The position numbers were made by a program, and so were the translations under genes. DNA of 57,922 bases, the filler included, from Sphacelaria rigidula (lineage: Eukaryota), in the NCBI GenBank assembly GCA_964200075.2. It is 9 parts of 9 records of this genome, joined end to end, with 100 filler letters (N's around TTAATTAATTAA, not from the genome) between each part and the next. Parts side by side here need not be neighbours in the genome. Positions count along the whole stretch, not along the records: positions 19,342 to 25,688 come from CAXNAA020020625.1; positions 25,789 to 32,135 come from CAXNAA020020626.1; positions 32,236 to 38,582 come from CAXNAA020020627.1; 6 more parts are not named here. One strand, 5' to 3'. This document shows, piece after piece, positions 25,378 through 36,777 of the stretch. Position 1 is the stretch's first letter, and each line of letters begins with the position of its first letter. Below the pieces are notes generated by a model that saw nothing but the letters and a program-made list of their open reading frames with translations, did no database searches and was not told where the DNA came from.

Positions 25378-25859
25378 CACCCCCTCCCGGTATCCCTGCT
25401 CCGATATTTGTGAAACTCTGCTGCCTCTCGACAAATCATCGGCAGGTGGGCAGGTGAAATTGATCCTCAAATCGCTTACGGTAGGCGTGGTTGGCTTGTG
25501 GCTCCCCATTATTTTTAGACGGTAAGGAGAAATTGACTTCCAAATTGTTTTCAGCAGGCGTGGTGGCCGACCCCTCCCTCTCTTTCGGCAGAGCGTAACC
25601 TCTCCCCCCCCCCCCCCCCCCCCCCCCTCCCATCGTCTCTTCTGGGCGGCCCGGGCGGTGTGGGGGCTCGGCCAGGACCTCGGGTCGTNNNNNNNNNNNN
25701 NNNNNNNNNNNNNNNNNNNNNNNNNNNNNNNNTTAATTAATTAANNNNNNNNNNNNNNNNNNNNNNNNNNNNNNNNNNNNNNNNNNNNCAGTCAACGGTC
25801 ATCATCCTGCTGATCACTACATAGCACATCATGTAGGCGATATTTCGTCACAAAGCCCA

Positions 25860-26095
25860 CCATACCCTTACCCGACAGTTGTGTGAGTTCTGTACATCAT
25901 GTTTACCCGTGCCCGGAGCGCGCATATGCTCTTGAAGGAGAACCCGATTGTCTGTAAGCCTCCCATAACATACCCGACAAGTTCTGCAAGTTCTGTAAGA
26001 CTTTTATCCAGTACAGGTACCCGACAGTTCTGTGAGCTCTGTAAGCCTCCCATACCCCTACCCGGGGTAAGGGTATACCGTTGTAAATATACCTG
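25860..26095. mobile_element. Fragment of the MITE family with TACCCGACAGTTCTGTGAG sub-repeats
   Basis: Same sub-repeats as 26761-27379 and 32345-32683. Confidence 0.7.
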
Positions 26096-26401
26096 ATTGC
26101 AGGTACAGCACAGGTATACACGTTAGAGAGGTATGGATATGGGCTCAATCCAAACACAACCTCATGACCTGGACATGTACCTCCCATCGAGCAACCCACC
26201 CTACTCCTTCATTCAACACTGCACACCAACAAAAAATCAATGTTGGAAAGTTCTTCAGCTTATAATTTGACGGGATACGAGGTACTGCTGAGTGGAAACA
26301 CGAAACATGAGCAGCACTGCAGACCGTCTGAATGAATCACCCCCAAACTCGAGTGGTTGCTCGAGCGGGGGCGGTTCACCTGCGCCACCAGGGGATCAAG
26401 T

Positions 26402-26677
26402 AGCAAGACGCACGCCATCGACGCTGATGGTGGTTGTGTCGTGGTCATCGAACCCCAGGCCGTTATCGACATGCACAGCAGAGAATATTAGCTGCTACCG
26501 GAACTCATCAAGGCCGTCGATGATTTTGTCGTGCCGAAGGACTTTCATAGAGCGGGCAGCCGTGAATGCTCCTTCATGTACACCGTGGGGATGTACGTGA
26601 AGCCGATAGATGTTGACGATCTCGTGCACATGTACTACTGCGAGTGTTCGTGTAATATTTCTCTATCAGCCCCGTAA
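26402..26677 (+). pseudogene. Decayed ORF (..LLPELIKAVDDFVVPKDF..SFMYTVGMYVKP..HMYYC..), possibly the N-terminal zinc-finger region of a DNA transposase
   Basis: Coding-like codon bias in a frame broken by TAG near 26488. The family assignment is a weak recollection only. Confidence 0.3.
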
Positions 26678-26760
26678 AGCTGTTCAAAGTTTTCGGTAAC
26701 GGTCATCTATAGTTTGCCATGGTAGTGACGTAGGTCCCACCACAGGGGTGATGATAATAC

Positions 26761-27379
26761 CAAGGTCGTCTTTAGTAGAGTACGGTTTTTCTATATACCC
26801 GGGGTATTTTCCCGGGTATTTGCCGTACCTTACAGTTCTTTGACTTCTGTAAAACTTTTATACCGGTACCCGACAGTCCTGTGACTTCTGTAAGACGTTC
26901 ATACCGGTATCCGACAGTTGTATAATCTCTCCAAGACTTTCATACCCTTACCCGATAGTTCTGTGAGTTATGTAAGCCTCCTGTACCGTTATCGGGGGGC
27001 GCCGGTATGCTCTTGATAAGATGCCCGATTACGGGTACGGTTATCTGCGCGACCTCCATACCCTGCCCGACAGTTTCTGTGAGTTCTGTAAGCCCACCGT
27101 ACCCTTACCCGACGGTTCTGTGAGTTCTGTACATCATGTTTACCCGTACCCGGAGCGCGGGAGTGCTCTTAAAAAAGTCCCCGATTGCCGGTACGGTTTT
27201 TCTGTAAGCCGCCCATACCGTACCCGACAAGTTCTGCAATTTCTGACATATTTTAAAACCTGTACCTGGCAGTTTTTAATTTCTGTGAGACTTTCATACC
27301 GGTACCCTATATTTCTTCAAGTTCTGCAGGAGTCACATACCCTACAGAACATACCCGCACCCTACAGGACACAACCTTG
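26761..27379. mobile_element. hAT-like MITE with CAAGGT... TIRs and internal tandem sub-repeats
   Basis: caaggtcgtctttagtagagtac ... ccctacaggacacaaccttg, with many tacc(c/g)tacccgacagttctgtga units. No clear TSD. Confidence 0.7.
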
Positions 27380-28015
27380 CATGATTCTGCAAAGCACAAT
27401 TGCTTAATATAGCAGCATCTGACTTCTTGGCTCATGTGTGCGATCATGGTTGTGATTTCGATCGGAATCAATGGCGCCTACATTTGTGCTTTTCAGAGCT
27501 TGGCATGAGTAATCGACTCCGACGCTCCCAATTTTAAACCGACGAGACAGCTGACGTATTGCATCCATACATCAATTTATCTCATGTCCTCCGGACAGGT
27601 GGTGAAGCAACTGTATAGCTCGGGCCTCCATTCCGCCCAACTCGTGCCACATCCGTTGTTGAGAGTGGATCTCGACGGACAGACTCCGAATGAGTCAGCC
27701 GGATGGGGCGGGGTAGGAGCGGCGACGCCGCGGACGACGGCAACTGCAGCACGCGGAGGTTTCGACGGCAGAGGTTTCACAGGGCCGACACCACGGACAT
27801 CTCTTGCGGCGGTGACAGACGGACGGGGGAGCGGGGCTGCGTCGGTGCCGACGACGGTGCCAAGGGTGGGTGTTGGCACCCGCGCGGCGGTTCGGAAGAC
27901 TCCACCATCGCATATTGCAGTACTGACAGGCAGCGGGGAAACAACGGCGGCAGGGGACCTAGATCTGCGGTGCGGTGCTTCCCCAGCCTTCTAGTCTTGA
28001 CTACCACCCCCACCT

Positions 28016-28196
28016 AGTCACCAGCCACTGCTTCAAGTGCTTCTTTAACAACCTCTCGGAGTGGATGATGAAGTGGACTGTGGACATCTCACCCTAACCC
28101 ATCCCGGGTCCAGCTACGCTGTGGATACTCTGATCAGGCCCACTGCCATTACGCCACCACAGCAGGTTGAGGTGTACACATGCATGATCATGAGTA
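28016..28196 (+). mobile_element. Insertion between 11-bp TSDs: inverted copy of the downstream flank plus the last ~17 nt of the C-tract-targeting family
   Basis: CACCCCCACCT at 28005-28015 and 28197-28207. 28016-28179 is the reverse complement of ~28191-28354 with about 7 differences. Confidence 0.85.
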
Positions 28197-28207
28197 CACC
28201 CCCACCT

Positions 28208-29727
28208 GCTGTGGTGGCGTAATGGCAGTGGGCCTGATCAGAGTATCCACAGCGCAGCTGGACCCGGGATGGGTTAGGGTGAGATGTCCACAGTCCACTT
28301 CATATCCACTCCGAGAGGTTGTTAAAGAAGCACTTGAAGAAGTGGCTGGTGGCTTCGATCGATACTGATCAGTAGATTATTGTGTTGCTAGCAATGTCCT
28401 CCGGGTATATTACACCGCAGGGCTCCGACGCAGTTCAAGTCACTGTCAAACGATTGTGAGCGGTGGCCCCCGGGACATCCTCGAGGAGAGGGTGTACAGC
28501 TCCGCCGAGAATCTGACGGATGGGAGTGAGAGCGCTTGGCCGCCCGCCGGACAGTATACGTGGCTGACGCCATTTATGAAGGTAGCATTATTCGTGTTGA
28601 CCTACCTTTTGGCTGGATGCGACTTCTTACCATATGTATTTCGTGCTGAAGGCCCTGCGTACGCCAAATCTGTTTACAGCACCAATACTCACGGAATAGG
28701 ACGGCATCCTGAGAGTGGAGATCGACGAGAGCGTGAAGCTGCCGGCCGCCATATTCTTTTCCAGGCACGAAAACGCTTCTGCGCAAATCGCCACGCCGGG
28801 GCATCTCTTCGCCACGGGGGGGTGGGACTTGGGATCGTATGTCAACAAGATCCGCCTGTGTACCACCACAGTACATGATATGCCTTCCCGGTGCTGCTCA
28901 GACTTGGACGCCTGTCGGAAGCACGTAAGTAAGTCTGACGCGGTATTCGAACACCGGGGAGGGAGGTTTCAGAAGATGCCCACGGTGGACTTCAACGGCC
29001 GCGCTTGGGTTGTTGAACCACAGAAGAAGACTCATCACAAGCGGGACATAAAACTGGCGAGCAGAGAGGCAGAGGTGCTCACGCGGGACAACATCGTTAT
29101 TTATTTATCAAGCCACACGTATGTTGATGGGTCCGGGAACGTGCGAACCCTGAGGTGCTCATGTAACCCGGCATAGGCGCCACAAAGAGACCACCCCTGC
29201 AAAAAATGTAGGTGTCCGGGGAAACTGCACGCTGAGCTGCGGTTGCCAGGGTAGCTGCTTGCTACCCCCCGCCATCCTCCGGGGTAACCGAGGCGACTTC
29301 CAGTGGTGATGCTGACAGTGGAAATGGCGGTGCACGTGAACGGTCTATTTCTGCCAGGGGCGGATCTGCGGCGAACCGTGGGAGGCGCGGATCCACAGCG
29401 AAGCGCGGGAGGGGCGGATCCACGGCGAACCGTGGAAGGGTCAAGGCGAGTGGAGCAACCAACGCGTCGAGGATAGCAGTCAGCGTGAGGCTCGGCGATG
29501 AGCCGCGCCGGTTTGTCGACACGAGTGTGGTGGGAGAGGGATGGGGTCTAGGAATATCCCCGAATAATCGTTATTGTCGCGACGGTGGACATGAAGACTA
29601 CAACAGCGTCGGGTCAAGAAGTGCAGCCGGTATCTGGATTGGATATTCCGATGTGGAGTGCAGCGGGTCGGAGACAGATGACCCGGCAACGGAGGCAGAT
29701 AATAACTATGACGATTTCATGTTTTGA
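28208..29727 (+). pseudogene. Decayed C-terminal part of an AcademX-like transposon protein (XPG/FEN1-like nuclease + Cys-rich finger + acidic tail)
   Basis: YLLAGCDFLP, then DACRKHVSKS...NGRAW, then RCSC..PCKKCRC../NCTLSCGCQGSC. Intronless, with stops and frameshifts and an in-frame 27-bp x3 repeat at ~29357-29439. Confidence 0.55.
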
Positions 29728-31854
29728 TTGCGCCTGATGGACAAATTGTAAATATTCTTTCGGTTTGTAAAGTGGACTATTGCATTTGCGTTATTCAAGA
29801 TTGTCTTCTCCAGGAGGTGGTCACAGAGCTCGCCTCGTGTACATAGCAATGGTGCTCTTTGCATGGTGCAGTGCGCCCTTTGGGGCACAAGTGTGTTGAG
29901 GTTGGTGTGCTGACGCCCTTGGGCGAATCTCCGGTCGTGCGTGAGTGCAGGTATTAATGAACACCGGGCGAGTTTATATCACAGATGTCCATAGGTCCAA
30001 CTCTGAACCAAGCCACGATCTCCAAGTTTGTCTTTTGTTAATCCTACATGCGTCCACCATTTCATTGTCATCGGCGCTAGTCTGTGGCTGGAATGAACGG
30101 TGGTCTGACATCGAGCGAACCGCCGGCAATCGTTGCTTTGACGAGTTGTGGTGAAGGTGGGGGGAGGGAAGTCCGAACACGTTCTTCAATGCTTCCTCTT
30201 CAACAAGCTGACCCACTCTGCAGCGCAGCGGATGGTCGATGTGACCACCTTACCTCCAAATCGTACCACAGTTCCCCTTCGGCAGTACCGCGCCCTTTTG
30301 ATGCGGAGGAGTAACGGTATCGCAGACGGTGGAAGCTATTGGCGCAGTACAAATGGCAACATTACTTGAGAAGCTCTAATCTGAGGCGAGGCTCGTTTCT
30401 TATTCTTATCCACGAGCCACGTATATTTCTTGGAGCCATTTTCTTACTTTCCGCACACGTGCAGTCAATGATGAAGTTCTTATAGGTCAATTTATTATTT
30501 TTCCCGGACTCGTGAAAAAATGATGGAATTCTTGAAAACAAATGTCTTTCTTTGCTTTTCAAGGTTAGGTAATATATTAAATATTGTACGAAAATTGTAG
30601 TACTGTACAAGAGTACGTGCTGACTATTGTACCGTATTCGGCGGCGGGGGGGTAAAGAGGGGTGGGGCGTCGTTGCGTCGAGGGGCTCATGGGTCTGCCA
30701 CCAGTTTCTTATTCCCCAAGGCTGCGATGTCGATGACAGACTTCTTATTCGCCGAGCCTCTTGAATCTCTTGATATTTTATCCTTATTTTCGCCTTGATC
30801 TGAGCAAAAATTGTCATCATCACTTCTTGGAACCTGAAAAATCTGAGCCTCGATTTCTCAACTGGTGACTTCTGGAGCAGCTCGGAACTCCCGTCCTTGC
30901 ATTATTTTCGCCAGTATAGCTCACAGTTCACGCTTGTTGCAATCTAAAACCAGTTACCATGCGCTGCATGGCCGTATTCTTCGCGACAGCTTGGGGGGTG
31001 GTCTGGGGGGGGGGGGCTATCGACGCATCATTCGGGCGCCGATGCCCGCGATTTGAAAGTACCTGAACGCGGCGCAATTGCCGCCTGTTCATTTTGGATA
31101 CCCCCGACGGTTTGAAGCGCTTTTACACCGTATTCCACATGTTTCAACACCCCGCACCTAGATGGCAATATCTCGACACACACTGCGGGAACAGAGACAA
31201 AGCAAATTGCTTTGTGTAGCCAAAACGCATATCTATCAACGGGTCTGGGTTCCAGCTGCGCAGGTCCCTGCTGTTGAATAAAAGTTCGAGGTGAACCGAA
31301 GATCATCTACCACATATTTTGCGCTATACCGACAGTAGGTTGATGCGATCTTGGGCTTGAACGATGGCCAATAGATAGTTTTGCCTGCCTGTAGAGTTTC
31401 GGCTTCCATGTATTCGCGCAGCGTCAGTGATCTGCGATCGCGTGTCTGAGCGGCGTGTTGGAAAATGACTTTTTCAATTGTACAGATAGTAACAACTTTT
31501 CATAGGGCTATCCGTCGCTGGTTTGTGCGCTGTACTCGGTATAATTGAGTCAAACTGCGTTGAGAACATAGCTTCAGACATATATTACAGCTATGTATCA
31601 ATATCACCACCGTTTTGTGCTCTGTTCATATCTTTGACCCTGTGGAGTCCTCATTTTGGGGGGGTGGTGAAGAACGTGACACTAAACTGGGCGCAACACT
31701 GCTCATGCCCTCTTCTCACCTGTGCTATAGCTGCCGCTGTACTGTGGTGTGTTGAGACCTTGCGAAGACGGTTCGGTCTCCCCTGGGATTGCCTGAACTG
31801 TTGTACTGTTGTTGTGCTCCGCTGTGTACAAAGTAATTGTGGTTGGCACGCACA

Positions 31855-31886
31855 AGGGTTAGGGTTAGGGTTAGGGTTGGGGTTAG
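31855..31886 (+). repeat. Interstitial telomeric tract (AGGGTT)4-GGGGTTAG
   Basis: Read directly. It lies about 250 bp from the contig end but is not terminal. Confidence 0.85.
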
Positions 31887-32344
31887 TGTTTCACATAAAA
31901 TAAAATGAAAGCATACCAGGATGAATCTAGGGCGGGCTGGTGCATGATGGTCTCCATTTCGGATGAATACCCCCGCCCGACGAGGCACCCCTCTGCCCCC
32001 TCATTCCTTCCTGCTCCGTCGTCACAAGCGCTCCACCTCTCGGAGAAGTGTCAATGTAGTAGTTCTCCATTGAACAGCAAATTGTGAGAATTGAGGTTTA
32101 ACTCTGAATTGAGGCTCAAGTGGGCAACCCAACTTNNNNNNNNNNNNNNNNNNNNNNNNNNNNNNNNNNNNNNNNNNNNTTAATTAATTAANNNNNNNNN
32201 NNNNNNNNNNNNNNNNNNNNNNNNNNNNNNNNNNNCCTCACCGCCCCCGGGGGGGGGACGGGCGCGCCGGGCGCCGCCCGCGCGGCGTCGGGCACGCCGC
32301 GCGAAGGGGGGGGGGGGGGGGGGGGGGGGGTGTAGAAACAAATA

Positions 32345-32683
32345 CAAGGTTGTATCCTGTAGGGTACCATTTCTTGTATACGCAGGGTATTCACCTGGGT
32401 ATCGCCCCTACGCGACAGATCTGTGAGTTGTGTAAGTCTCTGATGTCGGTACCCCGACAGTTCTGTGAGATCTGTACGAAAGTTTTACTCTCGCTCGGGG
32501 TGCGGGTATACCTTCGTGAAAATACCCGGTTGCGAGTGGGGGCTCCTGTACGACATCCATACCATGCTGTAAGTTCTCTCAAGACTTCCATACCGGTACT
32601 TGACAGTTATGTAACTTCTGCAAGTTCTGCAAGAAAATGTCATGGCCTACCGAACATGCCCGTACCCTACAGAGTACAGGCCG
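32345..32683. mobile_element. Shorter copy of the CAAGGT-TIR MITE family
   Basis: caaggttgtatcctgtagggtacc ... cgtaccctacagagtacagg, with the same sub-repeats. Confidence 0.7.
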
Positions 32684-32894
32684 GTAGTAAAGTGCATGGC
32701 GTCGTTTTGGCATTTAAATACGCACAGGGCGTTATTTTTTCGCACGAGCTACACAGGGTCTTGACCAATACCCTCCCTACCCCAACGAGACTCTCATTTA
32801 TTGATTGGGTGATTCGACCCCTTCTTCTTTTCAGTTGTCTCCTTCGCGCCTAACTCAATAAACCCTATCCTGTAAGGGGAGAAGTGGAGGGGTG

Positions 32895-33027
32895 CACCCA
32901 TGATCTTGCATGCTGTAGTCATGGGCGACTCGCCGAACACATCACAACGCTTCGCGCTAGGTGATTGATTACGAGCCTGGTCCGGCGAAAACCCGGCGTG
33001 CTCCGTCTCGGCTTCATAGGAATGCGA
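32895..33027 (-). mobile_element. Copy of the C-tract-targeting family with an inverted 5' segment
   Basis: The 3' end is on the minus strand (32895-32923). The upstream segment (32925-33027) is in the opposite orientation relative to the 25234-25377 copy. Confidence 0.8.
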
Positions 33028-35626
33028 CGAAAGGGGCGAGGGCGGGCGGGCGGGCGGGGGTCTGAGATGAAATTTCAAACACGTCATGAGTAAATAATGA
33101 CACCAGCAGGCTTTTTTCGTTAGGTGTTTTACCTCCGGGGGGGGGGGGGGGGGGGGGTTCAGAATTGTTGGTTAAGTGGAAGATACAACGCCTGCATGGA
33201 CAGTCCGGCACTCGGTAGGCGATTACCACACGTGTATAGGTCGTACCCTCTCCTGGTGATGTGTTGCACATCACTACAGGTCGTAGCTGCTCTGCAATCG
33301 CGTATGCATCTCCGCTGCTGTAAACGTCACCGTTGACGCTGCTGAGCGGGATGCAGAGGCGTACAGGACACAGCCATTTCGCTTGCTATTATGCGTTGCA
33401 CAAACACAAGCTACGGTAGACCCCAACGGAAACTTTAACTCGGGCTGCTCGATTATGTCGGGCTACGAGCTCGGCCGGCCTACTACAACCTAAAAAACTT
33501 TCCACCACCAAAACTTATCTCAAAAACGGCGGCGACATCGACATATCGCCAGGCAAACATGTCCCTGTGATGGGGAGATCGCCATTCGTGTGCTTCGAGA
33601 ACTCTAAATGTGCTCACGAGTGTTGATGAAAAAATCCATATTTTGGACATGTGTCATTTCACATTTTTCACCACTTTTGCCGAGTTTTCTCTGGCAGCAA
33701 GGCATTTTATGCCGCGCTTTCTTTAGCAGTGCACGAAGAAGGCGCAGCGGTACATTACCGTTCAGGTTTGGGTGCCATCTGATACCTGTGGCGCGTGTTT
33801 TGGCCACACGAAAGTCGCCCAAACTGGCTCTTTCTCGCGGGGTGTCGATCCCGAACCACAAAAGCCTTTTCAAGATCGTGGAAAACTTCAAACAGGAACC
33901 CGAACCACAAAAGCATGTTCATGCCGGGGTATTTTTCCACCCTGATTCTTTTTGCGTTCTCGTTGATTTGGGAGCACGAAGACAGCGGTTATGTAGCGAA
34001 TATCACGAGAACATGAGAGAAAAGCAGTTGAAAACAGTTGAACATTGCCTTGGCCTTAGTCAGCAGCAAACACAAGTCGAATGATCTGGGGTCCCTTAAT
34101 ATTTAGTTTTGACGTGAAGCCTTCAACACCGTCATATCTGCGTAATGTGGGTCCCAGTCATGCGAACGCAACAGTCCACAAAAGCGTGTTCAAGATCACT
34201 CGAGAATGTGTAGATTGGTATTAGAGGAAGGTGCCACATTCACAGCTGCAGCAGGGGAAGTCGCTGATGGCCCGGTCTGCATTGATACGGTGGGTAACCA
34301 CGGTGCGTGGGATTATATTGTTTCAACACCCTGCTGTCTGATGACCAGTATGATGGGTACAGTGACAGTTGAGCACGGAGGCTGCGACGGATCCCGCCGG
34401 CCGCATCACCAATCTTCGCCCAGTCATAGATAAGCGCTCGAAGAAAACTGGCAAACAAGTATCGTTTATGGTTCGCTATATATGTGAGGGTTTGGAGCTG
34501 AACATTTCCGCTTGAAAAATCTCGACGGTAGAAGGTTACGCTCCTGTCGCGCGACCAGTGGGTATTGCCGCGGACCCTTGCCAGCGTACCTGGCACTGGG
34601 GGCGACATCCCGGTGCAGACAGTCTCATCACTGCCGGGACGGCTATACAAACAGGCCAGCAGCCGGGATGGCCGTTGCACTGGTGTTGCTCTAGCGTTAT
34701 CAACTTGGAGTACAGCCGCACAGGCTTTGCACGTCAATATTTCGGTGATTGCCTCACATCCACTTCGGCCATGTGCTGTGGATTATTTCACGATCTCACC
34801 GCCTAATATGTATGGAAATGTTTTACACCCTGGACAAGAGCTTTCTACAGTCAGCATACAAGTGAAAAGAATGTACTGTGCACAGTATGGAAGATGCTGC
34901 CTACTGCAACGTGCGCAATACGCGTGGTGAGAACTGCGCACACATCACTTCGAGACAGGGTAGAAATCTCCACGCGGTATGAGTTGTTACAGCCCGCTTG
35001 CGCGCCGTAGCGGCTGCGTTACCATACAGCTCCGCTCAAGATACAGGGGGCAATTATAGCGGCAGAGGCGGCTTATTACTCCTGCTTGCGCCACACAGTG
35101 TAAATACACGCTTGGCTGCAACACCGACCGCTGTACTAGATGTGGCGGAGCGAGGGGTAGTACACCACGTACACACAGACAGCAAGCAGTATCATACATA
35201 TATACTGTATACAAGTGTGATTTGAAACCCGTGCGCGCCGGATGGGGCAGGCATGTAGAGAACCCTCCATAAGTTCGCCGTGTACTACCGGCACGCGACC
35301 TTTTTTCGTTAGCAATCACTTGCGATGTGTGCTGTGACGAGTCTCGTGCGTGGTGGTCCTTTTTACACCTCCGCACACCGCCCGTGAAGCGAGCTCTCCA
35401 TGCCGGAAGTACCCACCCCTCTTCCCGTGGTGATCTTCACTCTTGGTCTGAGACAAATGAAACTGCGGAATATGACAGTATCTACTGGAAGATACATATT
35501 CTCCCACACAAATGCCTCCATTATATTAAAGAGGAATAACACTGATATATTTTCGACTTGCGTCACCCCCGGGAGGCCAGTACCAACCTCCCGAAGGGGA
35601 ACCTTATGCATAAAAATAATATGCTC

Positions 35627-35747
35627 AATAGATGCAATAGACAAAAATGTACTGGGTACAGGATAGGCCTATTGCAACTTTTGTCGACCGATACAGCTGC
35701 GCTAGGCCTATACTTCACCCAGTACATTTTTGTCTATGGCATCTATT
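35627..35747. repeat. 121-bp hairpin (31-bp arms with 1 mismatch)
   Basis: aatagatgcaatagacaaaaatgtactgggt / acccagtacatttttgtctatggcatctatt. Confidence 0.85.
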
Positions 35748-36300
35748 TACCATATATTGTCGTTGTCCATGGATGTGAAAAAGTCATACAAATATTTCGA
35801 GGAATAAAATACCTCTAGGCGGGAATCGAATCGGTGTTGTACACTCTAATGCTGACAGTCTGACCGTGAAACATGCCGCTGATATGATCACGCGAAAATG
35901 ACGATGCGTGGCGCAATTGTTCGAATCTCGCGGTGAAATTCGGACGCCAGAAAAGAACATACAGGCCTGCGCTGTCCCTGGAATCAACTGCTGTCTTATT
36001 GTTTTCTTCTCTTCACTTACTTTGACCCTGAGACCGCGAGGGTAGCCCATCTGGACCATACATCCTCTTGATTCATTAATGGCTTCTCAAGTGAAATTGA
36101 TACCGATTCAACAAATAATCTACTCTCGCCGTCCAAGTGTCAGAAGATAAGCTGAAGACAGCCCAAAATTTCGCAACCCCCGGAGTTGGGGCAAAGCACA
36201 AAGCCTCTTTACAGAGGATGCTGCGCTCTCGTAAGCCGACAGCATCTTGTTCAGTCTTATGATTAAAAATTGCGCCTGCGTATGCCGCACCACAAAACAG

Positions 36301-36777
36301 GGTAGTGCTGGCGGCCATTGGGACATTCGTCAAAGGCTGTTTCCGCGGGCGAGACGTGCCGATATCCACGGCTTTCGACGCTATCCAGGCCAAGCTCGAG
36401 GAGGCTCAGGCCACCTCCGCAGCCCTACGACAAGGTCGAACCTCCGCCTCATCCTCAACCGCCGCAAACTCCTCATCTATCTCTCAAACGGGACACAGCC
36501 GGGCTGGTACACGTGGTGCTGCATCCGCGCCCGCCGAAGGGGCCACGACCGCATCGGCGGTGGGGGCGGATGCCGCGGCCGGAGGCGGCGCGCGGCCGCC
36601 GACGCGAGTTGACTATACAACGAAGATCAAAGAACGCAGAGGGGGTCAGGGGCTAAAACCACCATTTGCGCCAGGCGCGTTGGCTTCGCGGAGCGTGTGG
36701 AAGAACCCGGCCGAGCAGAGGCAGCATGACGGGACGGCGTACAGGTTATCCTCCGGTGCGGATGGGACGCAGGCTAG
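36301..36777 (+). CDS. Internal exon of an unknown protein (VVLAAIGTFVKGCFRGRDVPISTAFDAIQAKLEEAQA...)
   Basis: 477-nt GC-rich open exon, CAG acceptor, AG|gtgaga donor, phase 2-2. Confidence 0.65.

Noticed and set aside
27577..27994. GC-rich ORFs on both strands next to the hairpin
   Set aside because: Low complexity, no motif, and the strand cannot be decided.
28016..28354. Hairpin as a whole-genome-amplification chimera
   Set aside because: The arms carry about 7 differences and the insert is bounded by a perfect 11-bp duplication. Read-level confirmation is still needed.
33690..34745. Candidate upstream exons (~34245-34301 and ~34559-34744) of the 36301 gene
   Set aside because: Splice signals are plausible but the frame cannot be fixed and there is no homology support.
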